NCBI GenBank assembly: GCA_964016885.1
Contig: OZ024740.1
Coordinates: 327,670,001-327,734,000, forward strand
Length of the DNA stretch: 64,000 nt
Direction: 5' to 3'
Origin: Eledone cirrhosa
Taxonomy: Eukaryota
Every line of letters starts with the position of its first letter. Within the stretch, counting starts at the first letter, position 1. Under the pieces are notes generated by a model. It was not told the DNA's origin and did no database searches. It worked only from the letters and a program-made list of their open reading frames with translations. Shown piece by piece: positions 15,180 through 29,987 of this stretch. A program made the translations under genes and the position numbers.

Positions 15180-15335
15180 GTCTTTTATTGGTTTCAATTA
15201 TTACACTGTGGCCATGCTGTGGCAACACATTAAAGTGATTTAGTGGATCATATCGACAACAGTACTTAATATTTAAAGTCTGATATTAGTTATATAGATC
15301 TCATTTCGGTTAACATAAACAAACAAGAAACGTAT
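15180..15335 (-). mobile_element. Decayed SINE body (third family); relatives at ~2773-2870, ~36530-36720 and ~38637-38790
   Basis: Shared 'ttttactggtttcaatcattagactg.ggccatgctg.agca...tcga.catatcgac..cagtactt' motif. Confidence 0.55.
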
Positions 15336-15349
15336 ATCCAGACACACAC

Positions 15350-15405
<56 letters not shown>

Positions 15406-15424
15406 TAATTCCACAACAGTTAGT

Positions 15425-16036
15425 TTACTTTTTGTATATATATCACTGATGAGGTACTAATTTTATAATATGTAACCCATGTGCCACCACGCAATATCCT
15501 TCTTCCCATATTTTTCATACATATTTACCTAGACTGCGATTATCTGTTTCTCTCTTTCTCTCTTACTGCTCCCCGTTCTCTCTGTTTTCTTACCTTCTTT
15601 CGCCCCCTCTGTCAGTTACACTTTCTCTCGACTAACCTCTTCCTCGCACTTCCACTCACCCACTCTCTGTGTCTCCCCTTCTCACTTCCTCCCGTTCATT
15701 AGGAGTGGGATTCTTTCTTTCTCACATCCCATTCACGGCGAAAGGTCTGTATTCTGAACGCTCATGAAATTCACCCAGTTTATGCTGATCGGATAACCAT
15801 GTTGCTTGTTTTTTTTCCCATCTTCGGTTTGCTTTTCCTTCTATGTTGTTTACTTGTCTCACTCGCTTTACGCGACTCACTTGTCCCAATAGCTTATTTT
15901 AGTTATTGCTCGCACCAACCTGAGGTATATGATTTTTAATGCGATGAAATACCAATGACGGTTGGCAAATCACTGATGAGGGACTAATTTTATATGTAAC
16001 CCATGTGCCACCACGCAGTATCCTTCTTCCCATATT

Positions 16037-16045
<9 letters not shown>
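15425..16045 (+). mobile_element. Probable PLE remnant with ~75-bp direct terminal repeats (15442-15521, 15970-16043)
   Basis: 'atcactgatgagg.actaatttta...tatgtaacccatgtgccaccacgca.tatccttcttcccatatttttcata' twice, within (TA)n; degenerate hammerhead-like string at 15915-15965. Confidence 0.55.
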
Positions 16046-16087
<42 letters not shown>

Positions 16088-16217
16088 AAAAGTAAATTGA
16101 GTCCAGATGCATCACTGATTTTTCGTTTTTTTATACTATCCACACTCTACTCTGTTGAATATTGAGTGCTAATTTTGGCATACCGCCTATGGAAGCACCA
16201 TAGCTACCATTATACAC

Positions 16218-16284
<67 letters not shown>

Positions 16285-17825
16285 AAACGTAAACACATAA
16301 CAAAGCAAACGACACAGTACAAAGAAATATATTCGTTTCACGCATGATATAGTAGGAAAAGAGTCTTAAGGATTATGCAAATTAGTATGCCCATTTCAGG
16401 ATACTACAATATGTATTAAGCCATGTAAAAATCAAGCGTCATGGCATTGTACGAACCTTACCACCAGTGACTGGATACAAAATGTCTATTCTAACGTAAG
16501 TGATCTGATAATGCATCGACTTGGTCGGTTGTTGCCCAAATTTGTCAATAAAAGATGTACACACAATAGATATGTTTTGATAAATCCTTATGTCTTTTTC
16601 ACCTTGAAGATTCTGCTAGTTTAGCCGTGGATAAATAGGATATGTAATTCAGCTAATCGTCAACGATAGAATCTATCTTATGCTTTCAACACGCACATCA
16701 AGAAGAGTGTTTGGATAGTAAATGGAAATATTTATATCACTTACACACATAATAATATGTCTTCAAACATTGTTTCCTTTTCTTCTCGCTACTCGATAAT
16801 CTATCATCGGTAGATCACAGATTAATGCTAATATTTCCACACCTACACGCACATCATTTGCAGCTATTGTTAGTGTTCGAAGTATTTATATGTTTATACA
16901 GATTCTGCAATTAAAGAGGTTAGTGGTCAAAGGAAGGGAAGTGTAAAACACAAATATGTGATAGGAAATACAGAATAAATAGTAATGTTCTTTCTTTATG
17001 TTCTGCTGTAAGATTATCCAGAAAATAAAGTAGGAATTATTAGGCGAAAATAAAGGAAGACAAGGAAGAAGAATATTATGAATAAATGCTATTATAACAC
17101 AAGTTTTTTCTTTTCTTCTATAGATTTCAAAAGGTCTCGAATTGATTTTCATATAAATATTTATTTCTGTTTATCTTTCTAACTATCTATTGTTATATCT
17201 ATATGCTTGCTATAATCACAGAATAAAAAGATATTTATATGTGTGTGTCTGTGACATGTGTGAGTCTGTGTGGGTGTTTGTACATTTAATTACATATATC
17301 TGAATTATATATATTTTTTGTTTTCTTCTATATGAAAAGAAAACAAATTCATAAATATTTATAGAAAAATGTTTTCACCACTTTACGTTAGGGGAAAACA
17401 ATCAAAACAATACATATTCTTTGCAATAAAGTTTGAAATTGTTTAATAATACGCCCTTTTTATGAGATGGTTGTGTGTGCAAAGAATTCCAAAACATATT
17501 GTGCGTGCGTGTGGGTGCAAATAATTTTTTTTTTAATCTTTTACCTTTTTATTCACTTTTTATCTCTTTATATTATCTTCCTTTTACTTTTTTATTATGT
17601 TTTAACCATTGTTTGTATTTTTTTTAATTTTGTGTGCCATCAATTGTATCTGCATCTTGTGAGATCTGCTTGTGCCCTAGCATTTAGCTGTGGTGCTTAA
17701 CAACCCCAGCATGTACTCTCTCCTTATTCGCCATCTCCGATCTCCCTATCTTTACCCTCTATTGTATTCCGATTGTTCGTGTGACTAAGCTTGGTAGAGC
17801 TTATATTCAGCACTGTGTTTATTAA

Positions 17826-17870
17826 GCTCTGATGATTCCTACCCAACGGTATGGATGAAACATTGTAAGC
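17826..17870 (+). ncRNA. Minimal type I hammerhead ribozyme in a solo pLTR-like end (~17500-17916)
   Basis: GCT-CTGATGA-ttcctacccaacggtatggat-GAAA-CATTG-TA-AGC; stem I extends via tttatt/aataaa; GUA site; tail ends in (TA)n. Confidence 0.75.
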
Positions 17871-18354
17871 AAATAAAAACTGTTTGAGTATGTAAGCGTT
17901 CTTTGGTTTCTTTTACATATATATATATATATATAATCCAAGAAAGAAGAGTAACATGGTTGGCTGTACAATAAGGGCTTTATTCACAGTGCTGACAATT
18001 GTTTCGTTGATCTGGTAGGTCTAGAGCTCGCTAATCGCTTGATGTTGCGTCAATCGATCTACATAGAAATCACCGCGAACTCGCTGCATCACTAAGCCAT
18101 ACGTTAAAACCATCCACAACACGGAGTACTCTGGACTACCTCTAAGTGGATTACCTACAACGATAACTTGTTATCCCGTATATATATATACAGAGGTGTG
18201 ACATCCAGACCGCAGTGCCTAGGGGTTTTGGCATGCATCGAGTACTCCGATGATTAGTGGTCTCCTCGGTCTCAGCACCGCATACTTTTTCTCTAAATAT
18301 TGTATGGTGTGTGTAATTGTGGATATTCATTTTATACATATGGCGAGCTTCTGC

Positions 18355-18500
18355 ATAGTTTCCATCTACCAACTATCACTCACAATGCATTGACCAGCTC
18401 GAAGCTCTAGTAAAAGACATTTCACCCAGATGCTACAAAGTGACACTGAACGAGAAATCGCATGGTTGCAGAGAAAACTTCCAAACTACTCAGCTATGCC
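18355..18500 (-). mobile_element. Decayed tRNA-derived SINE
   Basis: Reverse complement begins ggcatagctgagtagtttggaagttttctctgcaaccatgcga..gttcagtgtcact; similar head at ~37600-37690 (+). Confidence 0.55.
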
Positions 18501-18907
18501 TACGCGTATATATATGTATATATATAATATGTATGTATATATAATATGTATGTATATATGTGTATGTGTGTGTGTAGATCGGGATAATATTCGATGCCTC
18601 TATGCATTATGGTATTGTATCGATCTGAAAATATTATATATATATATTTAAATTTGCAAGCATCAACGTTTATTTTTACTATGAAAAATAGTTTAATCAG
18701 TTGGGTGTGTAAACCCTGAAGGATAAACATTTATACAGCGCCGCCCGCGTAATGCTTCTAAAAATAAATTATACATATACATGTGTGTGTGTGTGTATGT
18801 ATGCGCACGCACGCGTTTGTCTGTATGCACACGCACGCGTTTGTGTGTGAGTGTGTTTGTGTGTCTGTGCTTGTGCGTGTGTGTGTGTACGTGTATTTAT
18901 TTATGTT

Positions 18908-18950
<43 letters not shown>

Positions 18951-20679
18951 CAGATATCGAGAAGGATGTGACTTGGGACATGTTATCAGTGATGTGTCCT
19001 GTGATCATTTAGTGTTTCGCAACTTTCAACTATGTACCGTCTTGTCCAGTGGACTTATACCTCGTTTTGTGTCCCAGTAGCAGCCACCCACAGATTATCC
19101 CTTTTGGGGGGGATTATCCCGATCTGGGGTCTTTTCTGCTGTTTCGTTCACTGATTGAATTTCTCTCCTCTTCGTTGCTCCTGTAAAGCCCAATCGGTTG
19201 AATACCTTGCTGTGTGATCTTTCTGTTAAGCCTATCAAAAGGTTCAATATGTATTCTAAGATTCTTCATTAATCTTCATCTTCAACCTTTTCCTATTACT
19301 ACATGCACCCATCAATACATGTTTAACTTATTCGCTAATCCAGTACCTGAAACCCTTTACTATCGAAAAGGATGTGCTAAGCTTTCAGTACCCAGACAGT
19401 GTTTTGATATTTGTTTTGTCTACATTGACTCTACCTATTAGACATGTTTAGTCTGTTTGATCAACTACTTCAAACTGTTGGACATTTACATTATCCCTAT
19501 TGGTTAAACTGATGAAAACTCCAAGTGGGATCTAAATTGATTTTTGGTTTGCTTCTTTTTGGTTTTTTAGTTCCCATCGGCATGTTTGGAAAATGCTGGC
19601 AACATCTGTCAAACAATTTGAAACGCCTGAGGGAGTTTTCATGACTTTGGAAGCAATTCACTTATTTCCATCCTATCTATTGTTATATTTTGTGCTAATA
19701 TACGACCACCATTTACCAACTGGGTGGGTTTTGAACAACAAAATGAATTGCTGCTGTTGTTATAGATGTTTGTGTTGTTATTGTTGTTATTGCTGTTGTT
19801 AGTATTGTTGCAGCTGTTGTTGTCGATGTTTGTGTTGTTATTGTTGTTGTTATTGCTGTTGTTGTCGATGTTTGTGTTGTTAGTGCTGTTATTGCAGCTG
19901 TTGTTGTTATAGAAATTTTTTTTTTGTGCTTACAGCTGTTTTAGGTTCTACTCTAATAATTTCTGTTGTGGTAGATTTTGTTTTGGTTGTACTGGAATTT
20001 ACTTCATCGGCTTTGGCGGGATATTGAACTCAGAACATAACATCCGCTACCCAATGACTTGCATACGCTGGATTACGACATACATAAAATTTTGGCTGTG
20101 TACACACAATTAACCTAAGAACAACAAATTTAATTATAAAAATAAATTTGTACTTCCTTGTTTTTTTCTGGGATTATTTTGATAAATTGCAATTTTGCTG
20201 CTTGGAAAATGCTCAAAGGAATAAGTTTTGATACAAGTGAAACGTTTACAAACTTTAAAATTTCAATGAAACCAAAGACGCGCTATTGTATTTTAGAAAT
20301 CTCATTAAGCGATATATTGATCTACATTTATTCGTCTTTTATTAGAATTTATTGATTTTTGTTTCGTTCTAGCCTACAATAATTCCATTTTTTTTTTTTT
20401 TCAGATAATAATCTCGGAAATTTTTAAATATTATTAATGAAGTAAAAATTGGTGTGGAGATGGATAGATACCAGCAAGCTATGACCATGAGCAGTTTTCA
20501 ATTCCCAAGTGAAACTAACTTGCGACGCTAATACTCTTGAGAATGGAGTGAAATCCACCCAGTCTCGTTTCCTTTCACGATAACTATTGCTTTGTGTACA
20601 AGACAGAATTGATCTTTTTTTAAAAATAAACTTCTGAAAGTTTTACCACCAAAACATACTCACTCACAAACGCACACAC

Positions 20680-20796
<117 letters not shown>

Positions 20797-20809
20797 TATA
20801 TACATATAC

Positions 20810-20910
<101 letters not shown>

Positions 20911-21608
20911 AAACACACACATACAGATAGAGAGAGAGACGAGTGAAAAATGTCTAGAGTGCTTTATGAGAGATCAAAACTAGATTATGTGACGGTGGTA
21001 CCTGTCTCAGGAAGGTCTGTGCCAGAAGAGGATAGCATTTAATTAAACTACCAAAATCACCGAATCACTTGTAGAATTTCGGTACAGCGAAAACTTACCT
21101 TTTTTTCTTTGGCATTCAATATCCTAGTCATTAAATAATTTCTAACATTGATGGAAAACATAGATGGAAACAATTAACTTTACTCTGCTATTTTCTTGGC
21201 ACACATTATACTCATTTTATTGACCTTACAAAATAAATAGAAACAGTGACTTTAGAAATAGCTAATCTTTAAACTGTAATAAAATATCACAATAGTTACA
21301 AATTGTTCGATTTGCTATTTACTGAAAACATCATATTGAAATAATACAAAAACGTCTTTACATTATAGTTCTCTTGAACAAAACAATATTTATTAAATTA
21401 TATCAATACTTTATTGGAAATTCTATTGTCATTGTATGAACGAGTGGGTTAAACAAGCTTATTTTTTTTGTCAATTAGTTGTTCAGTGTTTCTGAGTTCA
21501 AATCTTGACAGAATCGACTTTACTTTTTCTACACTAGGAGCTGATAAGAAGCTGAGAATTCGTGACTGAATTAGATAGATCGTTTCTCTTTCCTTTACGA
21601 AAATAACC

Positions 21609-21645
<37 letters not shown>

Positions 21646-21879
21646 GGCGTGTGGCTGAGTGGTTAGAGAATTGGATTCGCAATCGTGAGGTTGTGAGTTC
21701 GATTCTGGACCAGGCGATGCGTTATGTCCTTGAGCAAGACACTTTATTTCACGTTGCTCCTTCTACCTGGAGTTGCGACCGATAGATAGTATTAGCAATT
21801 GGAAAGACCAACGGAAACATTGTTCCCTCGGTCCGATTTGACGAAAGTCGATCGTCTTCCTATATATATATATATATAT

Positions 21880-22805
21880 ATAACAATAGGTAAGGTTAAG
21901 TATAAACCCCAGAGTATACACAAAGTTATTTACCTCGATACAACACACGTAAATGGGTACCATAAATTTATACCCGTACTCGAGTTTCGGCCACACTTAA
22001 TGCAGCAAGAGAGCGTACAGCATCCATTGTCTGCATTCATTATGTAATAATCCACAATCGGGGCATGTGGCTTCATCGGTGGTCTTGCCTAATCAATAAC
22101 AAATCGATCGACAGAGTTCGATTCCAGTCAGTGTTGTCTATAGCAGTAAATGCGACAGGTGACAGAGTAGTAAAGTATTAACTGAATTCCCTACATGTCA
22201 TCAAAATACCGTCAACCGATTGGCCACTGGTTCAGAAATTTACATGATGGCTAGGAGTCGAGATACTTTGCTTCGGCCCCTCCATAAGTACTCAACCAAC
22301 ATATATTAAGTCAAACTCAAATTAAGTAATGAAAAAATCGGTTATTAGAGAAAATCTGTCTCGAATGGTAGAATAGTTCAATAGAATGGTAGAATCGGCT
22401 CTAGTCGCCAAGTACTATGGCAAATGTGGTGCGACAGTAAACAATGGTAGTATCTAAAACCTTTTCGGACATTAAATGGCAACAGGCAATTAGACAGCGA
22501 TACAGAGTGAGCGCGCTGGTTAGAATTTGAATTCGGGATGTTTCGACCAACCACGTGCGTAAAACCAATCAATAGATCAGTGAGAAAGAGAAACAGAACA
22601 GGTATTAGAGTGTACATTAAACAAAACACAATTTAAAAAAGTGAGAAATTGCTCAACTTACTCTCATTGTGAAACTGCGAGTTGGGAGAAAATAATAATA
22701 AGAGGTTGACGGGACTAGCATAATGTTTCCCTGCTAGCATCTCTAGGTAAGTTTAAGTATAATTCCCAGAGTAGACACAAATGTATTTGCCTCGATACAA
22801 CACAC

Positions 22806-22810
<5 letters not shown>
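21880..22810 (-). mobile_element. PLE remnant with direct terminal repeats (~21887-21950, ~22744-22806) and a degenerate hammerhead at 21972-22084
   Basis: Minus strand: CCGATGA-a-gccaca...tgtggc-c-GAAA-CTCGAG-TA-cgggt; repeat 'taggtaag.ttaagtataa..cccagagta.acacaaa..tattt.cctcgatacaacacacg'. Confidence 0.6.
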
Positions 22811-22840
<30 letters not shown>

Positions 22841-22842
<2 letters not shown>

Positions 22843-23118
22843 CGATGGAAATGTGGTAAGGAACCAGGTGGACCATAACGCACCAAAGTACTCAATACTT
22901 AGGGTAGTAGAGTGGGTAATAGGAACCAGTAAGACCCCGACGGCTGAGCTCAAGCCGTTTCGACGGATTAGCCGTCGAAACGGCTTGAGCTCAGCCGTCG
23001 GGGTCTTACTGGTTCCTATATATATATATATATAACGAAGGAAATGTGGTAAGGAACCAGGTGGACCATAACGCACCAAAGTACTCAATACTTAGGGTAG
23101 TAGAGTGGGTAATAGGAA
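22841..23118 (-). mobile_element. Fold-back plus tandem pLTR fragment (48-bp arms 22919-22966 and 22972-23019; tail repeated at 22841-22925 and 23033-23118)
   Basis: Exact inverted and direct repeats read from the sequence; (TA)n at junctions. Confidence 0.85.
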
Positions 23119-23204
23119 TAATCTGACAAGCGATTGCAGTACTCTTAGCAGAGTTTGCAGCCATCATGTATGTATATGTATATATATGTCTATCTCTCTC
23201 TCTT

Positions 23205-23315
<111 letters not shown>

Positions 23316-23335
23316 ATATTTATATATATTTATAT

Positions 23336-24310
23336 ATACATTATGAAGAGAGAAGAAACATTTAGATATAATTAGTAATAAAATGTATCATACCTAAACT
23401 GTTCCTAGATTCCTCGACTACGTAGTTTCGTGGCATAAACAAAAACAATACATCATAAAGATATAGAGTCCTTGCGAGGTCTGCCGACTTATCAAGAGGA
23501 TACCTCATTTTACTAGCTTCAAGAACGCGTCTACACGACGTGAGAAAGAATCCCAAAAGGCGGAGGGGGAGATAGTCACGCGATATAACGGTCGAGAAAC
23601 AGAGCTAAGCCTCTTATAACCCCGAAGAAAATACCACGGAGGCGGAGGGGGTATTCATATCGAAGCCGTAGAAGAGGTGGTGAAGGAGGCGAGAAGTATG
23701 AGTAATGGCAGCTTTCCAGCAGTCACTACACTTCAACGATTACTCGACCAGAGGGAGTTATGAACAATTAAATATATTGTTCATAACTCCCTCTGGTCGA
23801 GTAATCTTTGAAGTGTAGTGACTGCTGGAAAGCTGCCATTACTCATACTTCTCTCCTCCTTCACCACCTCTTCTACGGCTTCGATATGAGTACCCCCTCC
23901 GCCTCCGTGGTATTTTCTTCGGGGTTATAAGAGGCTTAGCTCTGTTTCTCGACCGTTATATCGCGTGACTATCTCCCCCTCCGCCTTTTGGGATTCTTTC
24001 TCACGTCGTGTAGACGCGTTCTTGAAGCTAGTAAAATGAGGTATCCTCTTGATAAGTCGGCAGACCTCGCAAGGACTCTATATCTTTATGATGTATTGTT
24101 TTTGTTTATGCCACGAAACTACGTAGTCGAGGAATCTAGGAACAGTTTAGGTATGATACATTTTATTACTAATTATATCTAAATGTTTCTTCTCTCTTCA
24201 TAATGTATTTTTAACTCTGATACTGGTTCAGTCTAATTCAACCGGATTGGTCTGTCCCAGTCATTCATTGAGCAACATCGGTAAGGTTGGCACCATTAAC
24301 TCACGGTTGG
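23336..24310. mobile_element. Near-perfect 873-bp palindrome (433-bp arms 23336-23768 and 23776-24208, 7-nt loop) with a one-sided ~100-nt tail; probable inverted pLTR insertion
   Basis: Paired coordinates sum to 47544 at the positions checked; identical mirror ORFs 23362-23556 (-) and 23988-24182 (+); only a few mismatches. Confidence 0.9.
24044..24133 (+). ncRNA. Type I hammerhead ribozyme with U3-A8 core variant and long stem II; mirror copy at 23411-23500 (-)
   Basis: TCCTC-TTGATAA-gtcggca...tgccac-GAAA-CTACGTAG-TC-GAGGA; palindromic stem III ACTACGTAGT; GUC at 24126-24128. Confidence 0.75.
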
Positions 24311-24372
24311 GTGTGGATGCATTCATGTATATGTGTGTGTCCGCATGTATCTGTGTGTTTCTAAATATATTA

Positions 24373-26762
<2,390 letters not shown>

Positions 26763-27295
26763 AATAAAATATAGAGTTATTAACTCATATTGATACCCTG
26801 CATTCGGCTCCCTATCTGGTGAGCTTATAAAATGAGTGTAATTAGGCTATTATTTCTAGCATAACCACTCGCACCACGTATAGCTTTCAACCCACGAGGT
26901 AATTTAGCTACTTCCGTGAGTCTCTTGTTAGATGTGTTTTGTTTCATTTAATCTAATCTCTCGGTGACGAAATACCTAAGGATTATTTGTTACAAACAAT
27001 TTTTTCAGGGCGAAACAGATTAAATCTTTAGTCGGTCAGAGAGATGAAATCGTTATTGATACGGTATATATAGGAAATCTTGTATCTTACTGTATGTTTC
27101 AGTTTAAATATATAAAACATTTGTGGTAAAATCTACCCTCGTAATTTTGGACGCACAATTTGGTGTGTTTATTTCTACATATATTAATATATATATATGT
27201 GTGTGTGTGTGTATGTGTTATGTATATATATATATATATATATATCGTATATATCGTATATATAGTATATATATATCGTATATATCGTATATATA

Positions 27296-27358
<63 letters not shown>

Positions 27359-28931
27359 TACATATATATACATATATATATATACACACACGTGCGCACA
27401 CACACATATATATGTGTGTGTGTGTGTGTGTATAATCCCGTCTTAACTACCATTATTTGATATATATATATATATATGACTGGGGTTGTATATTGAATAA
27501 TATACGAAATGTTACTTCTTATATATATATTATATATATATATATATATATGTATGTATTTGTTCTCTTCTTGTGTGGAGCTACAGATTATCTTTAGCTA
27601 ACCGAGTTTATGCTATTGTTTCGATATTCTGTGGTTGTTATTCTGCCTAGCATTGCTAATAGTTCTAAGGAATGTCCTGTACATCGCAACATCCTATACA
27701 ATATAAGGAAGATTTAGAAGTCGCTCAAAATTTGGGGGGCAGAAAGCTTAGTATTGTTTTAAGAAAGAGCTGTGTGCACTTATGTTCAAGATTTTCCGCT
27801 GGAGTATTACCGGTATAATGACGTAGAGAAAATTTTCCAATTTGTCTTCTGTAAAATGTGTCTTCTGTATGAAAAAAACTTATAGTAAAAGGCTGGGGGC
27901 GTTACGTAATATAATGTGTAAAATATATTTTAATCTGTTAAAGTTATACATATAATTAAAATAAAATGTTAGCGTTTATTGTAATTAGTTTCAAATTCAA
28001 TTTGATTAAAACTATAAAGATATCGTGGAGTGGGAATTGAATCTGATCTTTGGTAAATATGGTGACTACTCCAGGTATGTTTCGGTGTTATAACACCCGT
28101 TTAACGAAGCAGTCTTTCCAATATTTACCAAAACCTTAGAATAACTCTGAAAATTCTTGGCATGAAAGGCAAGTCAGAAAGCTTTAAAACATGCTCAAAG
28201 TTGCTTTCTTTATTAACTGCATACGCCTCTCCAATTTTTTTATCAATTTAGATTTCTAAATTGTCTCCTTTGGTATTCTTGACAAGAACTTTTATTAACG
28301 CTAATGATTTTTCTCTCTATACCGACTGCAATACTAATAACGAAAACAATTTTTGGCTCAGTACATTAAGTGCGTTAGTCTTCACTTTATATATATATAA
28401 CTGACATAATACATATTTGCATACAAACTACTCAATAGTTCTAAGTAATTTCTCATGATGGTCTCAACGGGAAGCGAAACTCATATGAAGCTGCTCGTAG
28501 TTTTAAATATGTAGAGAAATACATAAACAAGTCATGTTAACAAATATAAATGTGATGGTTTATATACACATTTCTTGTAGCAACAGGTGAATTCTTTACT
28601 ATTTGTGTAAAGGTGTTAATGCATAGTGTGCTTTGGTTGCTTAGTGCATGATTATATATCGCGTTAACTTAATACTTTTTGTTAATGTTTTTCGTTTTGA
28701 CGTTTCATTTTTGAGTTTACAATTAACTTGAACGCAAATAGATCTACACCAAATGCCTTCTATCCACGAACTCAACTCAAACAACTCAAACCATAATTCT
28801 ACAACCAACTCTAACCAGCTTACACAAAACTATAGCCCAACCTTCACAGTAGAACAGCAAGCAACCTACTCCAATTATTGGTGTGAGGGCGACGGACATC
28901 ATTTGGCTGCAGCCGTCGTATTACGTAGTTT

Positions 28932-28977
<46 letters not shown>

Positions 28978-28999
28978 CTTCTCTAACTATATATATATA

Positions 29000-29160
29000 A
29001 AGAATTAGTATATCTACCAACATACTTATACAGAAGTATACTTATGCTAGCAAGATATATAGTGGTTCAATACAAAAATGTAGAACAATTATAAGAAAGA
29101 CATAAAATAAGTAAATTATAATAATTAACTCAAAATAATTAGTTTCTGAAAGGGGATATA
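29000..29160 (-). repeat. Diverged pLTR tail related to the 35396-36189 element
   Basis: 'agaattagtatatctaccaacata..tatacaga.gtatac..atgc.agcaa.atatata' shared with 35820-35880. Confidence 0.65.
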
Positions 29161-29301
29161 CATAGTGTTCAAAACCATGTATTGGTCAGGCTCATGTTTA
29201 AGTCGGTTAATGTTGTATATATCCCTAGGGAACGATATTTTATCGACCCGTCAGTGATATGTATATGATATTCTCTCTCTCACCCTCTTTTTTCTCTCTC
29301 C

Positions 29302-29412
<111 letters not shown>

Positions 29413-29743
29413 TTGTTATATATATTGTTAAATTGCCAGAAATAATAATAGAACACACTGTTTGGTTGGTTTCGCTTCTGTGTCTTTTATATCTCCATAG
29501 TTAATTTATCTGGCAATATATATATATATATATTTCGTTTCTGAATTTGTTTAGCAAGATTCTTTATCTGAAATCGTGTGTTGAAACCGATATTGTTATA
29601 CTTTGGGAGGGTCATGTTGCCAATAAGAAACACACGCACCAGTTGCTTTCACTTCAATTTATTATAATAAATTTATAAATTTAGGAATTTATAAATTTCT
29701 GGTTGTTTGGTTGGTTCCACAACCAGGTAGTTGTTTATATATT

Positions 29744-29786
29744 GTCAAAGTTCTTTCGTCACATATTCTGTGACATCATCAGTGAC
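29744..29786 (-). ncRNA. Minimal hammerhead motif in copy 1 3' pLTR
   Basis: GTCA-CTGATGA-t-GTCACAgaataTGTGAC-GAAA-GaaC-TT-TGAC. Confidence 0.7.
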
Positions 29787-29987
29787 TGGGGATTCTTTTC
29801 TTTGCTTTTGTGCCTCTCCTTTGTTCTGTCCTACGCCATTTTGTTTCTGTGTGTGTGTTGTGTGCTCAGTCTGCGCATGCGCCACATCCGGGTGTCTGTG
29901 TGTGTTTATATTCGTTTATTTATTTGTTTATTTACATGTTACCGGTTGGTTGTTTGTTCTATGTGCGTGTGTGTTTTCATTTTGTCC

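Noticed and set aside
23362-24182. Two identical 64-aa ORFs on opposite strands
   Set aside because: A consequence of the palindrome; non-ATG start and overlap with the hammerhead motif
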